Shown piece after piece: positions 37,444-50,904 of a stretch of 64,000 nt of DNA. Made by a program: the position numbers and the translations under genes. Each line of letters begins with the position of its first letter. The stretch's first letter is position 1. A model generated the notes under the pieces. It was not told the origin of the DNA. It saw nothing but the letters and a program-made list of their open reading frames with translations, and made no database searches. Origin of the DNA: Octopus sinensis (lineage: Eukaryota); assembly GCF_006345805.1 (NCBI RefSeq), contig NC_043016.1:11160001-11224000 (forward strand), given 5' to 3'.

Positions 37444-37585
37444 TTTATGTATGTATGTATGTATGTATGTATGTATGTTGTATGTATGTATGTATGTATG
37501 TATGTATGTATGTATGTATGTATGTATTTATGTATGTATGTATGTATGTATGTATGTATTTGTATTTATGTATGTATGTATGTAC
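37170..37585. repeat. (TATG)n array; similar arrays at about 39750-40290, 40770-41460, 55360-55790, 62336-62740 and 63350-63910
   Basis: Direct reading; these arrays generate most long MYVC/HTYI ORFs. Confidence 0.95.
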
Positions 37586-37649
37586 ACACATATATATATA
37601 TACAAGAAGAGAGAGAAAAAACAAAAGAATGGAGAGTTATGCTTGATAC

Positions 37650-37828
37650 TGGTGTCACACAAATGGCAAAAAGTTAAAATTCTTTTGTCGATGACACTCC
37701 CCGGACCCTAAGTAAGGCATGTGTGAAATTTGAATGAAATTGGTTGCCTAGTTCTCAAGTTTTAGGGAAACACACAGACAGACAGACAGACACACACACA
37801 CACATTCTCAGTTTTATATATATATAGA
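37650..37828 (-). mobile_element. Helitron-like 5' fragment
   Basis: Minus strand A|TCTATATATATATAAAACTGAGAATGTGTG...(TCTG)n; no 3' hairpin found. Confidence 0.55.
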
Positions 37829-38149
37829 TTGCATATATGTGTGTGTGTATCTCCACCACTACCACCTGAAAATCAATGTTGGTTTGTTTACTTCCCCATA
37901 ACTTTCCAGTTTCAGCAAATGAGACTGGCGGAATAAGCACCAGATTTAGAGCGAAAAGAAAAAGAAGTACTGGGAGAGAAGTGGGGGAGGGGTGAGGTAT
38001 TCGATCTGTTTGACCATAATTCTTCAAGGCAGGCGGTGCTCCCTGGCATGGCAGCAGTCCAGTAACTGAAACAAAACAAAGCAAAAAAAAAAACAAACGA
38101 TAAATGTCCACAGTTGAAATATCTTTAATCAGAGCTGACTTGGGGCTAT

Positions 38150-39055
38150 ACATATTTCTTTACTGCCCACAAGGGGCTAAGCACAGAAGGGACAAACAAA
38201 GACAGACAAACGGATTAAGTTGATTACATCGACCCCCCCAGTGCGTAACTGGTACTTAATTTATCGACCCCGAAAGGATGAAAGGCAAAGTCGACCTCGG
38301 CAGAATTTGAACTCAAAACGTAGCAGCAGATGAAATACATATTTCTTTACTGCCCACAAGGGGCTAAACACAGAGGGGACAAACAAAGACAGACAAACGC
38401 ATTAAGTCGATTACATCGACCCCCCAGTGCGAAACTGGTACTTTATTTATCGACCCCGAAAGGATGAAAGGCAAAGTCGACCACGGCAGAATTTGAACTC
38501 AGAACGTAAAGACAGACGAAATACCGCTAAGCATTTCGCCCGGCATTGCTAACGTTTCTGCCAGCTCGCCGCCTTGCTATACTTGGGAGCTATACAACAA
38601 CACCAACACCACCAACAACAACAACTTCATGAGCTATATATGCAAATTTTCTTACTCTAAGCCTTTCCCCCTGGTTTTACTCTTTTACTTGTTTCAGTCA
38701 TTTGACTGCGGCCATGCTGGAGCACCGCCTTTAATCGAGCAACTCGACCCCGGGACTTATTCTTTTGTAAGCCCAGTACTTATTCTATTGGTCTCTTTTG
38801 CCGAACCGCTAAGTAACGGGGACATAAACACACCAGCATCGGTTGTGAAGCAATGCTAGGGGGACAAACACAGCAGACACACAAACACACACACGCATAT
38901 ATATATATATATATATACATTTATACGACGGGCTTCTTTCAGTTTCCGCCTACCAAATCCACTCACAAGGCTTTGGTCGGCCCGAGGCTATAGTAGAAGA
39001 CACTTGCCCAAGGTGCCACGCAGTGGGACTGAACCCGGAACCATGTGGTTGGTGG
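38150..39055 (-). mobile_element. Nin SINE with partial tandem duplication (38150-38574), then a full CORE SINE (38670-39055)
   Basis: High similarity to the other copies in the window. Confidence 0.85.
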
Positions 39056-39584
39056 ATAAATTTGGCATCTGGCTTCTTGAAATAGTTTCTTGTAATTCTT
39101 GTATTTTTCTCCCCATTTCTCACTTAACTCTTTTATTCCCATATCTTTTCTTTTCCACTCTCTAAAGCCATTTACTATATAGTAATCTTACATTTCTGTG
39201 TTCCACCACCAATGTGTCACCTGCCTCATGGTTGCTCTCTCTCTCTTCCTTTCTCTCTCTCTCTCTCTCTTCCTTTCTCTCTCTCTCTCTCTCTCTACCT
39301 CTCTACCTCTCTCTCCTCTATCCACCTATTTTTTTCATTTGTTCCTTAGAAACAACCAGCTGTCAACTCTTTGTTTTATCACTCTCTCTCTCACTCTTTC
39401 CTCTCTCACATTCTCACACCCATACTCATGCACATTTATACACAGATACACACACACACACACACACACGCGCGCGCATGCACGCGGCCTCTATCAGGAA
39501 CAGGCTCCTATATGTCCATTGCAATTTTCTTCTGTATCAGTTCTGGATGTTCCAGGGTTTCCATCTTCCACTTGATACAGACAC

Positions 39585-39636
<52 letters not shown>

Positions 39637-40795
39637 TATAAATAAATATATATATTAATATATATATATATATCAAGACGGAAAGGTAGACACACAGACA
39701 AACAGGTAGATAAATAGATAGACAGATGTGTAGATAGATAGATACACATATACACACACACACACACAGATATAATTCAGACCTGCATACACATACATTC
39801 ATACAACAACACACACACATACATTCATACACACATAAATACATGCATATATACACACATACATGCATACATTCATACACACACACATACATACTTATGT
39901 ACATAAACACACACATGCATGCATACATACACATACACACATGTATGCATGCATACATACATAAATACATACATACATACATACATACACATACACACAT
40001 GTATGCATGCATACATACATAAATACATACATACATACATAATACATACACATACATACACGCATTCATACATACATACTTGCATACATACATACATACA
40101 TACATACATACATACATACATACATACATACTAGCATACATACATACATACATACATACATACACGCATTCATACATACATACTTGCATACATACATACA
40201 TACATACATACATACATACATACATACATACATACATACATACGCATACATACACGCATGCATTCATACATACATATACACACACACAGAATTAAAGATA
40301 CATTCTGAGGATACGTACCTATTAAGATAGATGAGAAAAGGGGGGAGATGCAGAGGGAGAGGGGATAAAGAGTGAGAGAGGGGGAAAGAGAAAAGAAGAA
40401 GAAGAAGAAGAAGAAGAAGAAGAAGAAGAAGAAGAAAAGAAGAAGAAGAAGAAGAAGAAGAAGAAGAAGAAGAAGAAGAAGAGTAGGAGGAGGAGGGTGG
40501 AGGGAGAGTGGGGTGGGAGTGAATTTCTGGGTTAATTTATGTAACAGAGAACATTTGCCTTACGCAGTAACGTCCCTTACTACGTAAGAATTTTTTTTTA
40601 ATAGAAAATTTTTGCAACAGGTTTGTTTCTTTAAAGTAAATAGAGAGAGAAATATTACGTAGAGATATTATTGATTTAAGCAAAGTTATTTAATCGTTCC
40701 GACAGTATCCTAAAGGAGGTCATTTTCATCGTATTTCAGTCCAAGCAACAACGTAGAAGCCGCTTCGTTTGTTTGTATGTATATATGTGTGTGTT

Positions 40796-40867
<72 letters not shown>

Positions 40868-41479
40868 TTATGTATGTATGTATGCATATGTATGTATGTA
40901 TGCATGCGTGTATGTGTATGTATTATGTATGTATGTCTGTATGTATGTATGTATGTATGTAGGATGTATGTATGTATGTATGTATGTATGCATGTATGTA
41001 TGTATGTAGTATGCATATGTATGTATGTATGTATGTAGTAGTATGTATGTATGTATGCATATATGTATGTATGCGTATGTGTTTATGTAGGTAGGTATAT
41101 ATATATAATATGTGTGTGTGTGTATGTATGTATGTATGTATGCATATGTATGTATGTATGTATGTATGCATGCGTGTATGTGTATGTATTATGTATGTAT
41201 GTATGTATGTATGTATGCATATGTATGTATGTATGTATGTATGCATATATGTATGTATGCGTATGTGTTTATGTAGGTAGGTATATATATATAATATGTG
41301 TGTGTGTGTATGTATGTATGTATGTATGCATATGTATGTATGTATGTATGTATATACGTAGATATGTATGTATATACATAGATATGTATGTATGTATGTG
41401 TATGCATGCATGTATGTGATGTTTGTATATACGCATGCATCTACCTATGTTTGTGTGCATGCGAGTTTGCATCTGGGTA

Positions 41480-41945
41480 TCTCTGTCTTTTATCTTTAAC
41501 TTGTTTCCATCATTAGACTGGCCATGCTGGGGCACCACCTTGAAGGGGTTTAGTTGAACAAACTGATCCCAGTACCTAATTTTTCAAAATTTATTACCTA
41601 TTCCATTAGGGTCTTTTGCCAATCTACTAAGTTATGGGAATGAGGACAAACCAACACCGGTTGTCAAGCAGGGGCAAGACAAACGCAGACACAAAGACTC
41701 ACACGGATGCATATATGTACGAGAGCTGGCAGAAACGTTAGCACGCCGGGCGAAATGCGTTGCCGTATTTTGTCTGCCGCTACGTTCTGAGTTCAAATTC
41801 CGCCGAGATCGACTTTGCCTTTCATCCTTCCAGGGTCGATAAATTAAGTACCAGTTTCGCACTGGGGTCGATGTAATCGACTTAATCCGTTTGTCTGTCC
41901 TTGTTTGTCTCCTCTGTGTTTAGCCCCTTGTGGGTAATAAAGAAA
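41480..41945. mobile_element. CORE SINE 3' half (-) and full Nin SINE (41720-41945, +)
   Basis: Family matches as above. Confidence 0.8.
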
Positions 41946-42119
41946 TATATATGTACGAGAGAGGCTATAGAACATAGAGTAAAATTTGGATGGGATAATA
42001 CTGAGAATGAGGGATGGATTTTAAAAGAATTTTATATGATGTTTTTTCCAGAGAGGAAAGAGGTAACTGGTGGCACAAAGGTGGATGAAATATGTGGATA
42101 GTCTGCGCCCATGTAATTA

Positions 42120-43140
42120 GTTATTTCTCTCCATGCCACGAGGCACATAAGGCTGCAATACAATTTCTCCAACCAGCTCTGTTTTCTAGAATTGTTCTGG
42201 TCCCATTCCAACTTCTCAGCCCTCTTTGTTGATGGTCCTTCGCCATGTGGTTTTGGGGTACCCTGCTGCTCTTTTTCTCCTTTTGCGCCACTACCACACA
42301 ATCACTTTCTCATTCATGTGTGAGGACATGTCTGATCCAGCTCCAGCATCCGTGTTTCATTTCATCACTGATATGATTACAGCATCTAAATAGTAATGTA
42401 ATTAGAAGAGTGATGAACGGATAGGTTTTAGGATGTTGAGGGGTACGGAAAGTTTGAGACGCACTGGACACAGGGACAAGGGCCAGTGAATGTATAGATG
42501 TAAACATAATGCTTTTAGGACCTCACTTTCACTGAGACAAGATGGGTCCTTTCCAGCAAAGCAAAGTGACAATCATCTCAGTTTGTTGTCATCTTCTTCA
42601 TGAAGCTCAACATTTTCAAATCAGCCTTTCCTGCTTCCACCCATGTCTTTCTGCGTCTTCGTCTTACACAAATTCCATACATTTTAAGTGACCGACACCT
42701 CTTAATGCATCTCTTGTCCCCCATATGCATCACATGACTAAGCCAGTTCAGTTTTCTCTCTTGAACACTACATCTGATTCCTCTTATGCCTAATTTTACT
42801 CTCAACATATTTGCACCGTGTGTGCACACTGACATTATACAGCCAAAAGAGCGTACTCGCTTCATTTCTTTCAAGTCTTTGCAATGATCAAGAGAAACCT
42901 TTTGAAGCAATGTAGAAATAAAAATTCTCTGAACTTTCTCCATTCTGTTCTAATTCAAGCAGCTATACTTTCAGGACATTCATCTTCATGGCTAATTAGG
43001 TCATGGAGGCAAAGTGGCTGAGTTCCTTTTGAGCACTGGGCCTCACAGAGGCAAAGTGGCTGAGTTCCTTTTGAGTACTGAGCCTCACAGAGGCAAAGTG
43101 GCTGAGTTCCTTTCAAGTGTTGGGCCTCATGGAGGCAATG
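42120..43140 (-). mobile_element. Cluster of RTE LINE fragments; 42-bp unit x3 at about 43005-43135
   Basis: ORF 42578-42943 LRVKLGIRGIRCSVQERKLNWLSHVMHMGDKRCIKRC...RRRKTW; GYPKTTWRRTINKE at about 42190-42270. Confidence 0.8.
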
Positions 43141-43461
43141 ACCAAGACCTCTGGCATTATGTTGTGCTTTAGAAAAAGCCTCATCAAGCTGAGCAAAATC
43201 AGTTGTAGAAGATGCTGGTGTCACACAAATTAGCACCCATGGTAGTGGCACATAAACGCATCCCAATGTCACACAAATGACACCCATGCCTATGGTATGT
43301 AAAAGCACCCATTACTGGAAGGGCATCCAGCTGTAGAAAACCATGCCAAATCAGACTGGAGTCTGGTGCAGACTTCCAGTGTGCCCGCCCAGTCAAAGCG
43401 TCCACACATGCCAGCAATGGACAATGGATGTTAAATGATAATGATGATGATGTTATATATA

Positions 43462-43504
<43 letters not shown>

Positions 43505-44239
43505 ATATATATATATTCGCCGTGTCAGGCCGAAAAACGAAATGTTCCCAAGATAAGAAAATCTTCTAATCTAATTCATCCCGTAATCTGTACCAGTAAT
43601 ATTCTCATGCAAATTTGTCTGATCTCTAGTGGTTAAGCTGTTTATTATTATTATTATTTAGTATTAGTATTATCCCCTTGACCCCCAGTCGACAATTTGT
43701 TTATTAGTATTATTATATTATTTTCAGTTTTTTAGTTTCGCCTCTTATTGCATATTCTGTATAATTTATTAGTTATTGTTGACCATCGGTTTCCGGCTTC
43801 GTGTCTCGCTAAATACAGAATAGATATTTATATTTAAGTTTCTCCATACAGGGGTTTTTTTCAATGGCGGCCGATTTTCGTGGGGTTCCACTATTCCCTT
43901 CTCTCTCTTCTCCCTCTTTTACGTTGTCTGCCCTCCCCCCTCTTCCTTTCCCCCCTTCCATTGCTAAGAGCATTTAAGCCAGCCCGTCAAGTTAAACCTT
44001 CGCATATTCGGTGCACCCGCCCTTGCCCACCCCCACCACCAATACCGGATATCTCTATATTTTTGCTCATCTATACCGGAATGTCGCTTCTCACCACAAT
44101 TATAGGTGTCTACTCTTCGAAAACACCCCTCTTCAATACGCTATTTCACCATGCATTACCCCTCTCGTGATATCCTACGTTCTACTTGTTCTAGAACCTG
44201 TCATCGTTTCTCCGAAAACACCCTCCCCACTGGTGCTCC

Positions 44240-44580
44240 CCTAATTTCTGCACCACCCCCCCACATAAAAAGCACCATCCGAACGTGGCCGATGCCAGCA
44301 CCGCCCGACTGGCTCTGTGCAGGTGGCACATAAAAAGCACCAACTGACCGTGGCCGATGCCAGACCCCTCTGGCACCTGTGCAGGTGGCATGTAAAAAGC
44401 ACCCACTACACCGCGGAGTGGGGTTGGCGCTAGGAAGGGCATCCAGCTGTAGAAACACTGCCAGACCAGACTGGAGCCTGGGGCAGCCCCTGGCTCCCAG
44501 ACCATCGGTCGAAACCGTCCAACCCGTGCTAGCGCGGAAAACGGACGTTAAACGATGATGATGATGATGATGATGATGAT
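44240..44580 (+). mobile_element. RTE LINE 3' UTR copy (also at about 4006, 20300, 28255, 36420, 43240, 52570, 56845 and 58180)
   Basis: ggcacataaaaagcacc...ggaagggcatccagc...aaacggacgttaaacgatgatg. Confidence 0.85.
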
Positions 44581-44581
44581 A

Positions 44582-45538
44582 CAGAGGCTGGACAAAATAA
44601 TGGAAACATCTTAAAATTTCAAACAAATTTATTTTAATATGGAGTAGAACTGCCTTTGTTTGTAATTACAGCTTGAATTCTACAAGGTGTGGATTCATAC
44701 AAAGTTTGAATTGTTTCCAAAAGAAATTTTGTCTATTCTCCAGTTCTTGTAGTGATGATGGTGGAGGATGTCAACTCCTTATTTGTTTTTCTAAAATGCA
44801 TCATAAATGTTTGATAATATTGAGATCTGGGGACTGTGGTGACCAGATAAGATGTTCAACTTCACTAGAATGTTCCTCGTGCCATTCAGTAACAACTTTA
44901 GCTGTGTGAATTGGTGCATTGTCATCCTGAACGATTGCATTTTCCTCCAGAAACAGTTCCACAACCATAAGATGAATTTGGTCAGATAAAATGCTTAATT
45001 AGTCTTGAGCCCTCCCATGAAATCTGGCTTTGTGCAGCTCCCGCTGAACAGTTTTTGTGGAAATTAGGTTCTCAACATAGTCATTAAGCTCTGTTGTAAT
45101 TTTGGGAGCTGTACTTTTGTGATCCTTTCTAACAATTCGCGTAAGAGTCCGATGGTCCCTATCTGAAAGGTTTGGTTTTCTTCCGAAGTTTTGTTTCGAT
45201 GAGGTTTTTCCCTCTTTCTCAAAGGCTGTCATTAGTCTCAAGACAGCACTTCTTGATATACCAAATATTTTGGCTGTTTTCATTATGTTAGCACCTGCCA
45301 TGCAAGCACCAACCATTTGACCTCTTTGAAAGTCCGATAGATCTGTCATTTTAATGAATCTTTAATTACCTTTTTCTGATGATATCTGAAAAGAAACAGC
45401 AATTTTGGCAAAACTTATTAAGCAACAGTAATAATAAATCAAAAACATAAAAATAAACAAGCTTTTGATGGTTTTATAGATATTTCAAAATTATGATGCC
45501 ATGATGCTAGGTGTTTCCATTATTTTGTCCAACCCCTG
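44582..45538 (-). pseudogene. Internally deleted Tc1-family transposon with both TIRs and TA TSDs
   Basis: TA|cagaggctggacaaaataatggaaaca ... tgtttccattattttgtccaacccctg|TA; ORF 44999-45349 (HTH, GRKP); downstream QDDNAPIH...W.PQSPDLNII. Confidence 0.93.
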
Positions 45539-45675
45539 TATATATACACATAGTAAAATGGATTCTCCCATCAAAGACAATGTATAAGTATTCAGCAAAA
45601 TAAGAAAAAAATAATAATTCGCTCACATACATACACACACACACACATACATACATACATACATACATACATACA

Positions 45676-45706
<31 letters not shown>

Positions 45707-45709
45707 CTT

Positions 45710-46105
45710 TCTTTTTTACATGTTTCAGTCATTTGACTGTGGCCATGCTGGAGCACCGCCTTTAGTCGAGCAAATCGACCCCGGGACTTATTCTTTGTAA
45801 GCCCAGTACTTATTCTATTGGCTCTTTTGCCGAACCACTAAGTGACAGGGACGTAAACACACTAGCATCGGTTGTCAAGCAATGCTTGGGACCAAACACA
45901 AACACACAAACACATACAAACAGATACATATATATACATATATACGACAGGCTTCTTTCAGTTTCCGTTACCAAATCCACTCACAAGCATTGGTCGGCCC
46001 AGGGCTATAGCAGAAGACACTTGCCCAAGATGCCACGCAGTGGGACATGAACCTGGAACCATGTAGTTAGTTAGCAAGCTATTTACCACACAGCCACTCC
46101 TGCGC
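45710..46105 (-). mobile_element. Full-length CORE-type SINE
   Basis: Family match. Confidence 0.9.
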
Positions 46106-46221
46106 CCCTATATATATATATATATTATATATATATCTATATATATAATAAATTGTTTTTATGTCTTTGTTTCCATGCCATCATGGGTTAGAGCAAATAT
46201 TAGTGTAAAAATCATAGCATA

Positions 46222-46655
46222 AGGTTGTATCAAAAAGTTCCTGGATTGTTACTTTTAATAAAAAAATAACTTATTTACCTAAGTTCTAACATAGTCACCT
46301 TCCACAGCAATAACCTGGTTCCAATGTTCCCACCACTTTTGGAATCTGGCCTGGAAGTCATATTCCATAATCAAGTCAAGGAACTTCTGCAATTCACTCT
46401 GGGATCTCGACAGCCTTTGAGATGCATTTTCATCTTGGGGAAGAGATGGAAGTCCACAGGTGCTAAATCTGGTGAATATGGTGGAGGCAAAAGCGATACT
46501 ATATAATTTTTGGTGAGAAACTCACGAGTGAGGAGAGCTTGGTGACAGGGTGCATTGTCATCATGAAGGATCCAATTCTTTGTGATCCATAGATCCAGTC
46601 ACTTTCACCAAATGTCCTCCTTCAATCACTTCAAAACGTTGGAGTAGAACTCTTG
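46222..46655 (-). pseudogene. Mariner transposase 3' half with right TIR
   Basis: Minus strand WILHDDNAPCHQ...PPPYSPDLAPVDFHLFPKMK; same family as 30568. Confidence 0.85.
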
Positions 46656-46938
46656 TAGTGTTGTAAAGCAACATACCAATAATATGTGCCCTTCATATGA
46701 TTAACCCTTACCAATTTCACAAATAAGTGAGATCTTATTCAACATATTTTTCCTCCCTTTCTCTATTGTCAGCAATCACCTATTCTCCCCTAACCTTTTC
46801 ACCAAGTTATATGAGTCATCACTTACCCTTGCTCTTCCACTCTTGTCCATCATTCACTCAATCCACCCCTCAACCCCACCCAATCTCTACAGTCATCACC
46901 TACTCTTCCCTATCTTGTCTCCCAAAGTATATTTACCT

Positions 46939-48919
46939 CTATTAATGTGACCCAGAATATACTACACTGCTAAGAACTGTATGAAGTTTGTTAGGGTGAT
47001 AGCTTGTAAATGATTGTGGTTCACTTTTAATTTATTAGTCTTTTTTTATCAACTACCAAATCTAAGACTAGAAAACAGTGTCTGTTTAGAATGAATAGAC
47101 AGTGAGTTGGCAGTTTATAGTTGGGTATGGTCATAAATATTGCCAAGATTTTAGGAAATGTACAAGTAACTGTCTATAAAGGGGGCTGAGTAGGGGAAGA
47201 CCCTTAATCAAGACGTTAATTACCAGTTAAAGGGACAAGATGCAAATAAAACCTATGATGTTAATACAGAGGAAATTATCATGGGGTGCAATGGATGATT
47301 GTATATAAACAATATTATTATGTTGTATGAAGATAAAATTTAAGATTATATTATAACCAGAATAGATAAACTGTGTTAATGAAACAATTTTCAATATTAG
47401 AAAGAGAAGATTACATAGAATTAGGATAATATTCATTCCTGTACTTAATTATTAACTTATAATGTGGTTTCTATAAAGATTGCTCTGGGTATTTACTTAT
47501 GAAATAATGGGGCAATAAATCATGCTATGTTTATATTAGTTATAAGCTAAGAATCAGAAAAAAAAATCTGAAAAATAAGTTGTGCACAGATACATACATT
47601 ATTTAACTATGTGCACGCATACAAATATACACAAATATTTGTACCTATTATGGGTATGTATAATCAACTCTTCTAGCACTTAAGTAACTAGGAAAGTTTA
47701 TATCTCTTTAAGAAAATTAATAACTTATAAGAGATAGAGGTTAATAGATAAGATATCAAAATAAGAAAACAAAATAACAAGAAATTATAGAGAATAGTAA
47801 GAAAATGTATATAACTATTATATATAACACTAGGGGGTAAGTTCACATCATATACGACACTAAAATTAATTTCTCCTAGGTATAGGTTCAAGTGCAGCAC
47901 CTATAAACACTAATTTCAAAAATATTTAAATGTACGGGTGACACTATGTATGCATGATACCCTTAGATCTAATCTATTATTAACCAGGTTGCTCTTGTCC
48001 CTATACTTAAAAAATTTCATAGAGCACAGCTCCCACCCGTACCAGCTATCTCTATAGGGCTGCGGCCTTCCTTATAAAATATTCATTTAAGATTAAATTT
48101 GATTCTTCTTTTCTTCAGTTCCCAAATCTTGCTAGATAAGGACATACAATTGGCCTTATGTTTGAGCCTAAAAGTTGAAAAATGGTTATTAATGCATTTT
48201 TTCATAATTATTGGACATCCTATATATACAAAGTCACCAGCTACAGTTGTGATAGCACACTTTTCAATTATGTTTTGGGTTAGACATTGGCCTAATAATG
48301 GACAATGGGATTTAACTCTACAATTGCATCTAGGAGAATTACTACTATTAATATTATTGATATTCATACCATTATTATTATTAATATTACTATTAATATT
48401 AATCCTACCTCCATCCTTCAATTGTAGTATCATTCACATTCATCCCAGCATCATTAGGCATATCAGTAGTCCCTGTACTAATATGGACAAAGACTATTCT
48501 GGTTATAATATCATTTTTAGTAATCATAAATTTTATCTTTATACAACTTTACAATATTGTTTATATACAATCATGATAATTTCCTTTATATTAACATCAT
48601 AAGTTGTATTAGCATCTTGCCCCTTTAACTGGTAATTAACATCTTGATTTAGTGTCCTCCCCTACCCATCCCCCTTTATAGACAGTTACTTGTACATTTT
48701 CAAAATCCTGACAATATTTACGACCATACCCAACTATAAACTGTCAACTCACTCTGTCTATTCATTCTAAATAGACACTGTCCTCTTGTCTTAGATTTGG
48801 TAGTTGATAAAAAAAAAGACTAATAAATTAAAAATGAACCACAATCATTTACAAGCTATCACCCTAACAAACTTCATACAGTTCTTAGAAATGTAATATA
48901 TTCTGAGTCACATTAGTAG
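46939..48919. mobile_element. ~2-kb structure with ~426-bp inverted arms (46939-47365 and 48494-48919) enclosing a Penelope-like endonuclease relic
   Basis: taatgtgac.cagaatat...attataaccagaatag matched by its reverse complement; arms diverged. Confidence 0.85.
47920..48450 (-). mobile_element. Penelope-like GIY-YIG endonuclease relic
   Basis: ORF 48083-48433 CNCRVKSHCPLLGQCLTQNII.KC..TT..GDFVYIG...NH...LSSKIWELK; continues to DKSNLVNNRLDLRVSCIH near 47950. Confidence 0.85.
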
Positions 48920-49269
48920 CAACATGCACTTTCTCCCTCTTCTTGCTCTATTAGGAAATTTGAATAAAATTATATTAATGTGTCCAACTGATTAAAAAAT
49001 TCAATTTATTTATGCAGCTGAGGATAGCCCTGCATTTAATTTGATGTAATGATTGCATTGTTCAATTAAACGGAGCCACTTGAAATGGTCGTAATTCATC
49101 ACCTCTTGATATCCTGTTGCTTATTTTGATTTTATTCACTTTACTTTGAGTTGTACGGATAATACCGTATTAACTTGGTTGCTTCAACTTAAGTAACTAA
49201 TTCATATGAATCGGAATTATTTCTTTATATATATATATATATTATATATATATTATATATAATATATAT

Positions 49270-49320
<51 letters not shown>

Positions 49321-49394
49321 GTTCCACGTCTCGCGTTGTTGTGTTTCTCTTTGTGTTTTCATGTTGGGATTAACGTTATATATATATATATATA

Positions 49395-50085
49395 TATCAT
49401 CATCATCATCATCATCATTCATCATCGTTTTAACGTCCGTTTTCTGTGCTAGCACGGGTTGGACGGTTGACCGGGGTCTGGGAAGCCAGGAGCTCTGCAC
49501 CAGGCTCCAGTCTCATCTGGCAGTGTTTCTACGCTGGATGCTCTTCTAAAGCCAACCACTCTGTGAGTGTAGTGGGTGCTTTTTACGTGCCAAGGGGGGT
49601 CTGGCAGCAGCCACGATCAGTGGGTGCTTTTTACATGCCACCAGCAAAGAAGCTAGTCATGGCAGCGCTGGCATCGGCCACGTTCAGATGGTGCTTTTTA
49701 CGTGCTACCGGCACAGGTATCACAACTACTATTTCATTTGATATTATTTCGTGTCATGTTACTTGACTCAATAGGCTCCTCAAGCACAGCAGGTTGTTCT
49801 GAAATCCAAGGTACTTGAATGGGCTGGGGCTATGTGGAACTGGTGCTTTGCAGTCACGATATCTCCAGAGATCTCGGTCCTTCGTCATTGCCTCTGCAGG
49901 CCCAACGCTCTGAAGTCATGCTTGACTACCTCATCCCATGTCTTCCTGGGTGTACCTCTTCCCCTGATACCTTCAACTGTTTGGGAGCAGCACTTCTTCA
50001 CACATCTCTCCTCATCCATCTGCAGTACATGACCATACCTTCACAAGCGACACTCTTGCACACCACATCTGATGCTTCTTATGTC
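49395..50085 (-). mobile_element. RTE LINE 3' fragment with UTR
   Basis: Same family as 9746-10830. Confidence 0.85.
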
Positions 50086-50142
50086 CAGCATTTATATATA
50101 TATATGCACATACATCCATATATATAAATACGTAAGTGTGTA

Positions 50143-50183
<41 letters not shown>

Positions 50184-50346
50184 TTGACTACCTATGACCC
50201 GTTGGGGTCACTAGAAAAGTCTGAGTTTCCCAGCAACAGAATTTTGTTATGTGATTTTTTTTTCTTTTCCAGGTTATTTCACATGCTTTCAATTACTGTT
50301 ACATTCAAATCACACATAAACAGCTCCTTTCTCCAGGAAAGTAAAA

Positions 50347-50457
50347 ATTTGGCTGCTATTTCGTGTATACCTTGCTACCATGTAGCAGTTATTTCAGGTC
50401 ATTTATTGCAAATAACCGCTACTTGTTAGCAGAGCGTGCTAGAAATAGCAGCCAAAT
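50347..50457. repeat. 111-bp nested inverted repeat (MITE-like)
   Basis: atttggctgctatttc/gaaatagcagccaaat outer arms, gtagcagttattt/aaataaccgctac inner arms; shorter relative at about 23557-23612. Confidence 0.7.
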
Positions 50458-50904
50458 CTTAGGAGGTGAGATACATTGAATGCACTCAAAAGAAACCTAT
50501 GGATAAAAGCTGTTTCACACTGGGGTTACAAACGGGTCTTTTATGAAATATTTACCATATTTTTAAAGTCATTTTCACTTTAAAATATTTTTCCCATCAC
50601 AATGTAACTAATGCTAAGCTTCTTCCCTATCAGGGTTAAGCTATTTTCAGAGTATTTTCCCCATTATGCACCATTCTGGGTATTTCTATCCCCCAAACCC
50701 CAAATATCTTGAAACTTGTTTTATTCCATTTGTATTTACATTTTAGGAGTACTTTACTTTCAAAGTATTTTCTCATTATGCGCCAATTTGGCTGTGTGAC
50801 ATTGCAAGCAAGCAAGCAAGATTGAATTTCATTTTTTAATGTATTACAGACATATATATAAATACATATGTATGTGTGTGCATAAATGTGTGTGTGTGTG
50901 CATA

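Noticed and set aside
49013-49036. tgcag-CTGAGGA-tagcc-ctgca as a hammerhead relic
   Set aside because: Stem I and the first core half only; GAAA and NUH are absent, so it was not counted.
50250-50430. Strong acceptor (ttttttttcttttccAG) as the missing SDR exon
   Set aside because: No frame gives KAFLP, GHIV..SS or YxxSK motifs; the GHLLQIT resemblance lies inside an inverted repeat and ends in a stop.
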